A stretch of DNA of 64,000 nucleotides, filler included, from an uncultured Methanoregulaceae archaeon (GCA_964530035.1; 8 parts of 8 records of this genome joined end to end with filler, not necessarily neighbours in it), one strand, 5' to 3'. Positions 10,520 to 22,009 are shown, numbered from the whole stretch's first letter. The notes: generated from the letters alone by a model not told the origin. A program made the numbers and translations.

Positions 10520-11382
10520 AGGACCCGGCTGTCGCTGCCGTCGTCGGCGTGATGCTGGTCCTCGTGATCGTGGTCTCACTGCTCGCCGTCCTGAACACGA
10601 CGACCATCCCCGACCTCAAGGCCCAGGCAGAGGTAGGCCACGTGCGTGAGGTCGAGGAGGGCTTCGCACGGCTCTCGGCGGCACTGTCGGGTATTGCCTC
10701 TGGGCCGTCCGGGAGCAGCGGGACGTTCGCAATCCCCCTTGGGGGAGGCGAGGTGCCCCTGAACACGCTCCGTTCGTCGGGCACGCTGTTCGTAACGAAT
10801 GATACCACTGGCAGCCCTGCCGTTACGGTAACGGTAAATGAAACGAAGTACGAAGCACGTCTCGTCACGGTCGGGTACCGGCCCACCGTCCACTTCTGGG
10901 TGGACCAGGGGTACAACTGGTCGCTCGGGTACGTGACGGTTACGAAAGGCGACATCGAGACCCCGCTCGAGTACCGTGACGACAGCAATATTGAAACGTC
11001 CGGGCACTGGGAGCGGTTCAGGAGAGTGATTCTCCCGGATGAGAACCCCGGAAAAGACGGTAACCTGACCCTTACCCTGACTTCCTTCGAACCCGGCAAC
11101 CAGACGTTCACCTCCGGCAACGGTGTCGGGTCGATCAGGTACAGCGTCCATGACGAGCCCGCAAAGACATTTCAGCCCATCTCTATGGATGTCAGAGTTA
11201 ACCAGACGCTCCCGGAAGGGCTCAGGGATGCCCTGGGCAGGTATTTGACATCAATCAACGGGACCTGGCCTAATGTCAGTGTGAGTGCTTCAACCGATGG
11301 GACTTTTACCTATAGTTTTGACCCGGTTAATCGGTCATTCGTCTCGGTCAACCGTCGCGTGGTCTCTCTTTCTGCAGGATGA
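10516..11382 (+). CDS. Pilin-like protein with class III signal peptide
   Basis: MKDPA/VAAVVGVMLVL...IPDLKAQAEVGH; ATGA overlap with the upstream pilin. Confidence 0.8.
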   Translation: MKDPAVAAVVGVMLVLVIVVSLLAVLNTTTIPDLKAQAEVGHVREVEEGFARLSAALSGIASGPSGSSGTFAIPLGGGEVPLNTLRSSGTLFVTNDTTGSPAVTVTVNETKYEARLVTVGYRPTVHFWVDQGYNWSLGYVTVTKGDIETPLEYRDDSNIETSGHWERFRRVILPDENPGKDGNLTLTLTSFEPGNQTFTSGNGVGSIRYSVHDEPAKTFQPISMDVRVNQTLPEGLRDALGRYLTSINGTWPNVSVSASTDGTFTYSFDPVNRSFVSVNRRVVSLSAG

Positions 11383-11388
11383 ACGACT

Positions 11389-12096
11389 ATGAAACACAAC
11401 TCCGATTACACAAAAGACCCCTATAAATCCTTGAAAGACCGGGCGGTATCCCCGGTCATCGGGGTCATGCTGATGCTCATCGTCACGGTGATCATCGCAT
11501 CCGTGGTCTCCTCCCTCTCGGGAGGGTTCATGACCAGCGAGAAGAAGGCGCCCACGATGATGGGCGAGGTGCGTTTTGTCAACACCGGCGAGAAGGGCAG
11601 TTTCTTTTCCTTCGGCGTCCTGTCCGTGAGCGAGCCGATCCGGACAGCCGACCTGAAAATCATCACCTCGTGGAGGAGCAACCTGTCATCGAACGGGACA
11701 TACGTTCCCGGGAGCCTCACCGGGGCGAACACCCATGTAGGGAGCTGGGAATACCGGTCACCGGCCGGGTTCGGGCCCGGGACGCGGGCCTGGAAGCAGG
11801 ACCCCCCGTACGACCCGGCCCAGGACTTTGGCAACTACACCCTGGCGGCAAACACCCGGCTGATGGCGTCCGCGTATGGACCTGATGATGGTAGCGGGGG
11901 GTATGGAGTAGAAAAGAGTAAGCCTTTTGTCTATAAAGTCGGGACAAATTACACCTCATCATCCGTCGACGAGATGCAGGCGCTGTTCGGGACGAACTGG
12001 TACGAGCTCCGCCAGGGGGACCTCGTGCAGGTGAAGGTCCTCCATGTCCCGAGTGGAAAGGTCATTTTCGACCGCGAAGTCCCGGTGGAGGGATGA
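11389..12096 (+). CDS. Archaeal type IV pilin
   Basis: KDRA/VSPVIGVMLMLIVTVIIA; C-terminal HVPSGKVIFD. Confidence 0.88.
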   Translation: MKHNSDYTKDPYKSLKDRAVSPVIGVMLMLIVTVIIASVVSSLSGGFMTSEKKAPTMMGEVRFVNTGEKGSFFSFGVLSVSEPIRTADLKIITSWRSNLSSNGTYVPGSLTGANTHVGSWEYRSPAGFGPGTRAWKQDPPYDPAQDFGNYTLAANTRLMASAYGPDDGSGGYGVEKSKPFVYKVGTNYTSSSVDEMQALFGTNWYELRQGDLVQVKVLHVPSGKVIFDREVPVEG

Positions 12097-12602
12097 AAAT
12101 GGCACTACGGTGCTGCGACCGGGCGGTGTCACCGGTCATCGGGGTCATGCTGATGCTCGTCGCCACCCTCATCATCGCCGGTGTCGTTTCGACATACTCC
12201 TCATCTCTCGTGACTGACGAAAAATCCCCCCTGCAGGTTACGATCCGTGCCACGTACCACCAGGGGGGGAACCTGACCATCGAGCACATGGGCGGCTCCC
12301 CCATCCCGATCAGGGCGAGCCTCGTGACCGTCCGGCCGTCGAGGACCTTCGGGGACGTGGGCCACCTGGTGACGGTTGTTGACCGGAGCGCCATCACTGA
12401 CGGCAAGGGGAACACCTGGCAGTCCCTGTCTGCATTCAGGCCCGGAGATGTCGCCTATGTCAGCAATGCCTTGCTCCAGGCCGGGATATCTCAAAATTAC
12501 CGCTTCAATACGACCGAAAACCTTGGGAAGACCTTCTATCTCGAGTTTTCCGACGAGTCACGGAGGCTCTTCTCAAGGACCGAAGTACTCATCGAGGGGT
12601 GA
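12093..12602 (+). CDS. Archaeal type IV pilin
   Basis: DRA/VSPVIGVMLMLVATLIIA; IEHMGG motif. Confidence 0.88.
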   Translation: MKMALRCCDRAVSPVIGVMLMLVATLIIAGVVSTYSSSLVTDEKSPLQVTIRATYHQGGNLTIEHMGGSPIPIRASLVTVRPSRTFGDVGHLVTVVDRSAITDGKGNTWQSLSAFRPGDVAYVSNALLQAGISQNYRFNTTENLGKTFYLEFSDESRRLFSRTEVLIEG

Positions 12603-12863
12603 CAAAGCAGTCGGACGGACACAGACCGGAAAGAATGGAGACCTGCAGGAACAATCCGTGCGGAGCCCTGACAAGAGGCCGTCGGCAGGACGTCCCCTTT
12701 TTTATGCACCTGCGTGCTTTTTTTCGTGATGACCCGGGAGCCATGAACTGATGGAAAAAGGGAATTGGTACTGATTCCCGGCATCCTTTTCGTCACTCCT
12801 CTTTCCCGAAGGCCGGAAAGGAGCGATAGCATTTTTCACAAAATAGTGATGGTATTCGTGGTA

Positions 12864-13286
12864 TCAGTCACCTATCGGGAGGGTTGTCAGTTTCACTGAG
12901 TCCACACCCTTCTGGGCCATGAGGCGTTCGGCGAGTTTCTTTAGATCCTCGCCCTCTCCCCGGACCAGGATGACCTCGAGGCACTGGGCGTGGGTGATGT
13001 GAGAGTGGATCGCCGCCTGGATAATATTCATGAAATCGTGCTGGATGTCGGCGAGCGTTGACAGGAGGCCCCGCTGTTCATGGTCGTAGATCATGGTGAT
13101 GACCCCCTGCCGTTCACCGTGGACATCGGACATCCACTTGTAATAGGTGATGTAGGACCGGATTGCGTCCCGGATCCCTTCTGAACGGGAGGAATAGCCC
13201 CTCAGGTTGATGATGTCGTCGAACTTGGTCAGGAGGTGGTTCGGCAGTGAAATACCTATCCTTGAGAGCTCATGGTCCCTGGTCAT
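12864..13286 (-). CDS. nikR: Nickel-responsive regulator NikR
   Basis: RHH N-terminus RIGISLP...GYSSRSEGIRDAIR; Ni ligands QH...HSH...C. Confidence 0.93.
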   Translation of the reverse strand: MTRDHELSRIGISLPNHLLTKFDDIINLRGYSSRSEGIRDAIRSYITYYKWMSDVHGERQGVITMIYDHEQRGLLSTLADIQHDFMNIIQAAIHSHITHAQCLEVILVRGEGEDLKKLAERLMAQKGVDSVKLTTLPIGD

Positions 13287-13521
13287 CCTTTTTCACTGTA
13301 TGCTCTATAAGCGGTTTGATGCAAATAAATATTTGTACGGGAGTTCAAAACAGGTAGCACTTTTTAACACCCTGGAGGAATGATGCCCGGTTTTGTTGGT
13401 CTTTCCAGGCAGGGGATCATGCGTTCATAAGGGGCCGGCGTGAATGGAGTGTTTCCTTTTCTCATAATGAAAATACCGTGGCACTGACTACATCTGATGA
13501 AGATAAACGACTGGAAAAAAG

Positions 13522-16500
13522 TTACTTGTGGAGCTTGATGCTGCCGCCACCGAGGGATGTCGTGGGATCGGCGGTGTCGGCACCCATGCCATTGTCATAG
13601 ATGATCCTGCTGGTCCCCTTCTCCCAGATCTTCACCCGGACCTTGTCGCCTCCTTTCGATACGTCTCCTGAAAGTGCCGATACAAGGAAGCCGTAACTCC
13701 CGGCGCCGTTGATGGTCCCCGATCCCTGGTATGTTGCCTTCGCCCCGGAGATTACCATCCAGTCATAGGCGGTCGCCTTGAAGTTCATGCCGGCCTCCTT
13801 GAACTTGACCTCGGTCTCCCCGGTTGGTGCCTGGCTCCCGGACTTGTACTTGGAGTTTAAGCCAAGGTTCACTTTGCCGGTCGAAGCAGGGTTTGCCTTG
13901 TACGCACCTGCCGGGGAGGTGAACCAGCCGCCGGCGGTGAGGAATGCCCCGTTCGGGTCGTAGACGGCAAGGAGGACAGGCTCCGAGGTCGCCGTGTTGC
14001 CGGCTGAGTCGGTCGCCCTGACATAGATGCTGATGATATCAGCAGTGGTGTATCCGGGCAGGGTTGCCTGGGCCTGGACCGTCGGTGTCCCACCCGGGAT
14101 GGATATCGTGACCCAGTTGTTCCCGTCTGTTGAGTACTGGACGGTGACGATCTTCGAATTGCCGGTGGTGCTGTCGTCAATGGTCGCCTTCAGGACCGGC
14201 TGGCTGTTGACAGCCACGGGGTTCGGGGTAATCACGACGTTCTGGATGATGGGCGGGGTGGTGTCGGTGACCGGGGGTTGGGAGGGATTTATCGTTAGAT
14301 CGTGATTTATCGAAGCAGTTGCTCCGTCATCGTCGGTAACGGTCAGGGTCACGGTGTAGGTCCCGGCAGTGCTGAAGGTATGAGTCGGGTTGTTATCNNN
14401 NNNNNNNNNNNNNNNNNNNNNNNNNNNNNNNNNNNNNNNNNNNNNNNNNNNNNNNNNNNNNNNNNNNNNNNNNNNNNNNNNNNNNNNNNNNNNNNNNGGT
14501 GATTGTTATCTGTGCATCAGAGGTAGCAGAAGCTCCGTCATCGTCGGTAACGGTCAGGGTCACGGTGTAGGTCCCGGCAGTGTTGTAGGTATGAGTCGGG
14601 TTGATATCAGTGGATACCGCTGGATCGTCCCCGAAGGACCATGAATGACTGGAAATGGTTCCATCCTTGTCGGTGGATTCATCGGTAAACTGCACGCTGG
14701 TCCCGGTTGTCAAGGTTCCTGATGAAAAGCTAAACAGTGCAGTCGGGGGATCGTTGATGTCTCTGACGTCGATGGTGACAATTGCAGGAGAACTGGTCTG
14801 TGATCCGGCAGTAATCGTATAGGTGAAGGTATCTGCTCCGTAATAATCACCATCCGGGGTGTAGGAAAAAGAACCGTCCAGCTCCAGGTTTACTACCCCG
14901 TTTGCCGGGTTCTGTTGAACAGAAACGCTTACGGATCCTGCAAAGTTGTCGTTTGCAAGGACGCCGTCCTCCCCGGCAACGCTCAGCACCTGGTCTTCAT
15001 CAACGTTGTAACTGTCTCCATTAGCAACAGGAACGGAATCGGTAATGGTTACCTGTACTGTGTCACTCCCAACCCCGTTGTCCTTGTCAGTTACGGTCAG
15101 GGTTACGGTATACACACCTGCCGAATTAAAGATATGAGTGGGGGTCAGTGTATTGGCTGGTTGGCTGTTGTCTCCAAAGTTCCAGACAATGGTGTGGGTA
15201 TCTTTTGTCCCCGGGTCACTGAATGACCCTGAGAATGAAACAGGAGTTCCTGTCGTCGCAGATAAATCAGGGCCTGCATCCACGGTTGGGGCCACATTTG
15301 TTATTTTAACCCAAACTGTACCCATTCCACTTAATCCACCTGAATCGGTAACGGTTAATTTTACTATGTATTGCCCATTATCCGCAAAAACATGCGTTGG
15401 AGTCAGTGTACCTGTTGATGATGTCCCATCAGTAAAATCCCATACAAAGGTGTGAACCCCGCTGTCACCAGGGTCAATATAGCTTCCGGAAAACTGAATG
15501 GTCGAGCCTTCAAGGCCTTCCAACGAGGAAGTCCCGCCGGTTACAACAGGTGCCTGTGCTGGTGCTTCCCGCATTTCTACGATCTGTCCAAATATTGTGG
15601 TCCTGGTACCGCTTCCCTGTCCCGTAGAAAAGGCCACGAGATAATTGGATGAACCGGAGGCAATAGTTGGATAATAATACTGAGTTTTGGCTACGGAAAC
15701 TGCAATTCCCTGAGGGTCGATTACCTGGGCATTCTGAGAGATTTTAACAGCTTTTACTGGATTTCCGCCCATTACGGCCAGCCAGTCCGTCCCATCAAAA
15801 GCCAGGTCTACCGGATCATATCCATCCATTATCAGAAATCCACCAGGATTCGTGGGAGTGTCGATAAGATCTCCGCTTGAGGATACCCGGGTACCCCGTG
15901 TCATAGAGACATATGGAGAAACCGTGGTATAATCATTCCATGATACAAGAAAATCCTCACTTCCTTGTACTACTGCATTGGATCCACCCTGGCTTGTGGG
16001 ACCATTTGCAATGGATATCGGACCCTTAATAAAATGGCCATCTGAAGAAATTAATTCTCCAAAAAGATCATTATCTTTTGCGTTAGGTACATCACATTCA
16101 TACCACACCACAAGGTAATTGTCTTTAAAAGCGACCGTTGGGCTGCCCTGGTTTTTTACTTGCGGGCTTATGACAATATTGTTTCCTAAACGAATCCCCG
16201 ATGATGAGATCCTCTGACCATAAATGTCACCATAGTATGGTGAATAGTTACGGTTATCTTGCCATACGATAAAAAAATCAGAGCCATTTGACGCTATTTC
16301 CGGGTCATACCTAGAGTTAGATACATTAGGATCGCTTACGACTATGGTGGTCCCCACTGTGCCGGAAGGATTCACAAACGTTCCATAAATCCCCTCACTT
16401 CCCTGCTGGTTAACATACGTAACCAGGTAAGTGGCTCCATTATATGCAACACTCACCGATCCCGCATTAACCAGATTATCTGCAATTAACATGGGACTCC

Positions 16501-16768
16501 CGACATATTCACCGGTTTGACTCATAAACTGGCCTTTGATAAACCCACGAGACCCGGATATCCCAAACCATACAACAAGGTAATTCGTCCCATCAAATGC
16601 ACTATCTGAATAATACCATGCCTCCCCTGCGGGGGAACTAATTTGTATATCAGCAGGCAAAATCGGGGTTGGAATTGTATCCGCCCCTGCTACCATGGTT
16701 ATACTCGCAAGAAGCACAATAAATAAAATCGCTATTCCTGTATTCTGAAAATACTTCGGCAAATCCAT
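13522..16768 (-). CDS. Large secreted surface protein: propeller-like repeats, PKD domains, cadherin-like Ig and C-terminal domain; spans a 100-N scaffold gap
   Basis: Signal peptide; about 7 repeats of the FDGTNYLVVW type; PKD motifs W.FGD...H.Y..AG.YTVTLTVTD on both sides of gap 14398-14497; DGSFSYTP Ig repeat. Confidence 0.8.
14321..14608. repeat. Intragenic direct repeat of PKD-coding DNA
   Basis: 14321-14397 and 14532-14608 match over 77 bp with 3 mismatches and flank the gap. Confidence 0.92.
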
Positions 16769-17146
16769 TCCGGTCTCTCCCATTCGAATCAGTCCAGCCA
16801 CTAACCGTGTCCAGGGCTGATCTCATGGGTCCTACAGAGCCCCCCATAATGCAGTCCCGTCAACCATTCTGCTTTATATCATAATTTGAACCCAATCTGT
16901 TTCCAGAGAGGTGTATGAGATGGTGACAGATCTGCCCCGGCTTGGGGAAAAGGTGCTCAGCATTAATAAAAAAAATTGTGAATCAGCATCACGATACTAC
17001 TCGTTAAGATAATGCTTTGTCTGGATCAACAAGGCGAATCGAATAGGTAAAATGGTGAAAGGAGTTGTCAAAATCTTTAAAAACCGGTAGTTTTTATTGA
17101 CAAGTATCGACTACAGGTTCGCTGTTGAAAGCGTGTAAAAAAAGCG

Positions 17147-17193
17147 GTTGGAAGAAACCTTCTGTCACGTATTAAGGAGAGGTTTCTTCCAAC
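17147..17193 (-). terminator. 14-bp perfect stem-loop followed by a T tract on the minus strand
   Basis: GTTGGAAGAAACCT (17147-17160) pairs with AGGTTTCTTCCAAC (17180-17193); A7 run at 17137-17143. Confidence 0.45.
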
Positions 17194-17562
17194 TCAGCCG
17201 GATCTAATACCATAGAGGGTACGGATTCACCCCATAGCGCCCACCAGGGTCTGTCCCCGGGGAGGACCTCCCTGACCCTTCATACACCTCCCGTCCGGCC
17301 TCACCCGGCTATGATCGGTGAGGCTGCGAAAAATCCTATCAGTTCCTTGGGTGCCCCTCATTTTCTCCTCGTTCTCTCAGTGACAATCGGCCAGGTGAAG
17401 GAAATCCTTGAGCAGGAATTCATGGATAGCAGGCTGAAACCCGGGATGACCTGATTCATAGGTCATGGTACGAGGAAAGCCCGGGCTGTTTTTCTCTTAA
17501 AAAAAAAGTAACTGTTCAGGTTCAACCACAAGATCCTAGTACAATGACGTCAAACTAACAAT

Positions 17563-17662
17563 NNNNNNNNNNNNNNNNNNNNNNNNNNNNNNNNNNNNNN
17601 NNNNNNTTAATTAATTAANNNNNNNNNNNNNNNNNNNNNNNNNNNNNNNNNNNNNNNNNNNN
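17563..17662. other. Artificial contig linker
   Basis: N + TTAATTAATTAA + N. Confidence 0.98.
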
Positions 17663-18906
17663 TGGGTGGTCATACCTGACAGAGTCCCCGAAAGACCCCT
17701 CCAGTCCTCCTTGGAAAGGTGCGTGTAGTAATTCGCCAGCAGGGGTGCATTGACGAGACACGCGACCAGGATAAATGCATAGATTACGGCTTTATTTCTG
17801 ATGAATTTCACGAAAACAAGGTAGGAAGTAGCGATTCCCACATAAAAGACCGGGAGGAGGAGGATCAGGTGTCGCGCCTCCATGGGCATGCGATATGAAA
17901 GGTAATTACTGATGATGAAGGTGAGGGCGATTACTGCGACGATAAACACCGCTTTTTTCCATTCTGCGTAGAATACGGCTATCATTCCCAGGATGAAGAG
18001 AACCATGAAGAGAACAAGCACAATCAGACTATAACTGGAAAACTGGGCAAATGCCATGAAAAACAGGTCGAATCCCTGAAGTCCGAAGGTAGGAGGCTTG
18101 CTTGTGCGTATGAGAAAGAGACTGGCTGTAAGAATGATGAGGGGGAGACATGCAACAAAACAGGTGAGAATGCCGCATAAAAATGGCCGTATCTTTGATA
18201 TACCTGCCCGGAATGCCTCGAGCATGATAACAGGCGTGAGGACGACCAGGATGAGCGTCATGATGAAGCCATAGAAATGCGACCAGCAGCATAGTGCAGA
18301 AACAAGCCCGAACACAATCCATGAACGCGGTGTGTTGGTGTTGATTGCTTTCCAATAGAGCCATATCTGCACTATGATGACAACAACAAAGAGGGAATAG
18401 GCACGTGCTTCCTGGGAGTAAGAAATATGCATTCCCGAGAAGGTGAGGAGTGCTGCAGCGATAATCCCGACATTTTTATCCCAGAACTCCTTCCCCATCA
18501 GATATATTGCGGGTATTGCAATCGTTCCGCACAGTGCCGAGAGGATCCTAAGAACAACTTCTGATGTCCCGAAGGTGATGACCGCATGAATAAGCCAGAT
18601 ATAGAGAGGGGGGTTGAAATCGGTACCGGTTGCAACCGTCTGCCAGTACTCCCCGAATGTCTGCTGTGCAAACTGGAGGGTTACGGCCTCGTCAAGCCAG
18701 AGGGGATTGAAACCAAGGTTGAAAAAACGAAGGAATCCACCCACGAGGGTAAGTATGATAAGAATCTGGATGTACCTGCTGCTGGTAACCGTCGCCCTTA
18801 TCTGTTCCAGGCTCCAGCAACTACCACCCGACCGTTCTTCAATGATCCCATGATCGAGACTAATTCCCCCATCTTTTTTCCTTTCAGGTTGCTTTCTGGA
18901 TTTCAT
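17663..18906 (-). CDS. GT-C membrane glycosyltransferase (family 39/PMT-like), 3'-partial
   Basis: LRFFNLG..PLWLDEA, PPLY, SYSQEARAY; many TM helices. Confidence 0.85.
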
Positions 18907-19124
18907 CGGGTCTTCCCTTCAGACTGTTGAAGAAAAAAACAGATATACATTTCCTCCAGGCCTGGAGAATGAATCATTACCGCTATCACCAGGGCTGTTC
19001 ATTTTGGTACCGAAAGAGGTCCTTCCGATCTCATCAAACACTCAATTAGTCCCGGCGACACGGGTCTGTTCCCGGATTTATCATTTTCCGAAAGTTTCCC
19101 GGTGAATACCTGCGATTGCGAATT

Positions 19125-19991
19125 TTATCGACAGTTACAGTCAAATGTGGGAGTGATATCGGGGAATGGTTTTTTATATGTCAGTACTTCCACCAGGTCC
19201 TTGCAGGACTGTACGACCGCAGCCGACTGCTCGAGCATGAGATTCACATGCTCATGGTCACCCACCATCCTGAAATCCGTTCGCAAGGCTACCACCGGTA
19301 TTTTATTCGCGAACGCATATCCCATCTCCCAGGCTGTGCCGGAATCAGCATCGGCGCCATCAACAACGGCAATGACAAGATGCGATTTTTGTAGAGCGGT
19401 AATATTTGCCAGGAAAATCTCCTGGTGTTTACCTGTGTCCCTCCCCGGCGTATTATCCCCTGCATCCTGGGGCAGGTATACCATGAGATTATGCCTGGCC
19501 AGGACCGCTGCAAGTTTCCTGTTAAACAGGCGCTCTGCTTCAGAAAAAAGAGGGGCTGCAAGATAGATACGGTAACGCGAAAAAGTTGCGGCATCCGTAA
19601 CCGGGGTGCCGGGGAATACGGTCGCAAATAAACAATCGGGCTGATCATTGCAGGTGGATGGGCACCCACAGATCATCTTACCAGCCTGCGATACCTGACC
19701 CAGGATTATGCATATCGGAAATCCATGGTCTATTCCCTTTAAATACGTTTTTTCCTGGTTTTGCAGCCGTTTCTTCCCATTGTCCCGGAATTCAACTTCT
19801 CCACACCCCGTGCGTGGTACCTGGCCCCAGGCTGCTTCATCCTCGAGGGGACAGGGGAGTGGCACTACCCTGATCCCGAACTCCGTGCAGCGTTGAAGAG
19901 CACAAGTGGAATCTTCAGGCGAATATCTGCCTGAATTCCTGAATTTACAGGGTGAGATCCCAAGTACTCCCGTGCAGGCGAGAACGTACAT
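19125..19991 (-). CDS. Nucleoside 2-deoxyribosyltransferase family protein with a Cys-rich N-terminal domain
   Basis: IYLAAPLFSEAE, YLPQ, DGADADSGTAWEMGYA; start placed at MYVLAC. Confidence 0.8.
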   Translation of the reverse strand: MYVLACTGVLGISPCKFRNSGRYSPEDSTCALQRCTEFGIRVVPLPCPLEDEAAWGQVPRTGCGEVEFRDNGKKRLQNQEKTYLKGIDHGFPICIILGQVSQAGKMICGCPSTCNDQPDCLFATVFPGTPVTDAATFSRYRIYLAAPLFSEAERLFNRKLAAVLARHNLMVYLPQDAGDNTPGRDTGKHQEIFLANITALQKSHLVIAVVDGADADSGTAWEMGYAFANKIPVVALRTDFRMVGDHEHVNLMLEQSAAVVQSCKDLVEVLTYKKPFPDITPTFDCNCR

Positions 19992-20023
19992 GTACTTATC
20001 CGGTAAGCACGCACCGGAGATAG

Positions 20024-20518
20024 ATGATCCCCCTCTTCGCGTACCGTGACAATACCTGCGACCCAAGGAAATGCAGTGTAAAACGTCTTGAACGCGCAGG
20101 GAAAATCAGGCTGATACCCCGCCTGCGACAGATACCAAAAAACAGCCTTCTCCTCGACCCTACCGCAGAACAGGCTATCTCGCCGTCTGACAGGGTCATC
20201 ATCAGGTCCATCACCGTGCTTGACTGTTCATGGGCAATCCTCGATACCACCGCCGTGCGTTCCTGGAGGATCAGGAGAGCTCTCCCCTTTCTCCTCGCGG
20301 CAAATCCGGTTAATTTTGGTAAACCGTTCAAGTTATCCTCGCTGGAAGCATTTGCAGCTGCCCTGTTCATCCTTGGTGAACCGGAGCAGGCGGCCGATGT
20401 AGTATCGGTGCTGTCATGGGGTCACCGCTTTCTTGAGGTCAATGACGAACCGCTGAAGGCATATGCAGCAGCATCGGACAGTACATCGGTTATTGCAATC
20501 ATGCACGAGTTCATGTAA
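20024..20518 (+). CDS. tsr3: 16S rRNA aminocarboxypropyltransferase Tsr3
   Basis: CDPRKCS, LDCSW, RALPFLLAANPVNFGKP..LSSLEA. Confidence 0.93.
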   Translation: MIPLFAYRDNTCDPRKCSVKRLERAGKIRLIPRLRQIPKNSLLLDPTAEQAISPSDRVIIRSITVLDCSWAILDTTAVRSWRIRRALPFLLAANPVNFGKPFKLSSLEAFAAALFILGEPEQAADVVSVLSWGHRFLEVNDEPLKAYAAASDSTSVIAIMHEFM

Positions 20519-20746
20519 ACAGTCAGGAAGGGATTTCTGCAGGTGTGAACTCACTACGCATTTTTCATACCAAATCAGGCCAAACGGTATCGGTTCGCTG
20601 TATCACATTTGGATCCCGAAGACGTTTCCCCCGCCCGGGGTTTCCCAGGTGACCGCGGTCTGGTCCTCTGATCAACACTTCGCAACACCCATATTGTCCC
20701 AGAGCATACGGGATAGGCACCACACGTACGTGGAGGATTGGATTTA

Positions 20747-22009
20747 ATGGTTTCAAAGCGCTTTGTCTGGGGGGTATTTGTAGCAGCCGCCCTGTTATTC
20801 CTTGTCGCGGCAGTCTCTGCGACCGATGCGCAGGTCGCATGGCAGAAGTCCTTCGGCAATCCGGGAAATGAAGTCCTTAGAGGGATTGAAAAGGTGTCAA
20901 ACGGGTACTACCTCTTCGGGTCAACGAATGCATCCGATGGTTCGGCAGTATTCCTGACCCAGATCGACGTGGACGGAAAAGAGATCTCAAACAAGACCAT
21001 CAACCTTGCAGGACAGGATATCGCGCTCGACATCGAGCCGTTAAAGGACGGAATGGTCCTCCTTGTGCGGGGTTCGATGGCACAGCCCGGTCAGTCCGAC
21101 ATAGGTGTTTTAAAACTCGACGGCGCAGGGAAAACGGTCTGGAAGCGGACGTACGACATGCCAGGGTACACCAGCGCATGCAAGGTGGTACGGACCTCCG
21201 ACGGCGGATTCCTTATTGTTGGGAACACGACGACCAAGACTTCCGGGACTGATGTCCTTGTAATTAAAACTGATGTCGAGGGCAACCCGGTATGGACCAA
21301 GACCTATCCTGGAGCGAAGAATGACAATCCCCGCGGGGCCATAGCCCTCGATGATGGCGGTCTGGTAATTGTCGGTTCAACCGAGTCCGCATCTCCGCTT
21401 CTCTCAAAGGGTCTTGAAGATATCTTCATCATGAAGATAGCCGGTGATGGAACCATCGTCTGGAACCATAACTATGGTATGACCGGAAATGATCGTGCGT
21501 ACGATGTAGTCCAGACCGCTGACCGTGGATTTGCGATCATCGGAAGCACCACCGATTCCCGGACAGGCAACCAGACAATCGCCCTTATCAGGACAGACGC
21601 AGGTGGCGGCAACAAGCTGCTCGAGAAGCATTACGGAGGTCCGCAGGTCTGGAGCTTTGGCAGCCAGATCAGGAAGTCATCAACAGGTGGATTCGTGATC
21701 GCCGGTGTTACAACGGTTAATAACACGACTGCAATGGATCTCTTCGAGACTGATGCCGGTGGCAGGGTCGCCTGGGAAAAACAGATCCCTCTGAAGCAGA
21801 ACGGGACAAACAACCTTGTCCGGCCCTTCATGGTTCCCGCCGAAAAGGGATACCTCCTTGCAGGTCTGGATATCATGGAAGGTGCAAATGCTACGGCCGA
21901 TTTCATTGTTGCGAAAATAATGCCACCAGGAACCGTCCAGCCCACAACACCGGTTCCTGCGGTTCTGACGGGCCAGGCAGTCCTCAATGGAACGGTGAAT
22001 ACTACTTGA
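20747..22009 (+). CDS. Secreted beta-propeller-repeat protein
   Basis: Signal peptide; repeats of the W.KTY.G...D......T.DGGF.IVG type. Confidence 0.75.
   Translation: MVSKRFVWGVFVAAALLFLVAAVSATDAQVAWQKSFGNPGNEVLRGIEKVSNGYYLFGSTNASDGSAVFLTQIDVDGKEISNKTINLAGQDIALDIEPLKDGMVLLVRGSMAQPGQSDIGVLKLDGAGKTVWKRTYDMPGYTSACKVVRTSDGGFLIVGNTTTKTSGTDVLVIKTDVEGNPVWTKTYPGAKNDNPRGAIALDDGGLVIVGSTESASPLLSKGLEDIFIMKIAGDGTIVWNHNYGMTGNDRAYDVVQTADRGFAIIGSTTDSRTGNQTIALIRTDAGGGNKLLEKHYGGPQVWSFGSQIRKSSTGGFVIAGVTTVNNTTAMDLFETDAGGRVAWEKQIPLKQNGTNNLVRPFMVPAEKGYLLAGLDIMEGANATADFIVAKIMPPGTVQPTTPVPAVLTGQAVLNGTVNTT

Noticed and set aside
14321..14608. CRISPR-like or DGR-like repeat pair
   Set aside because: Two copies of in-frame PKD-coding sequence with no spacer array and no cas or reverse transcriptase gene; no CRISPR array was seen anywhere in the window
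17227..17291. Small minus-strand ORF after GGAGGTG
   Set aside because: Only 18 codons, and the SD-like motif is 1 nt from the ATG
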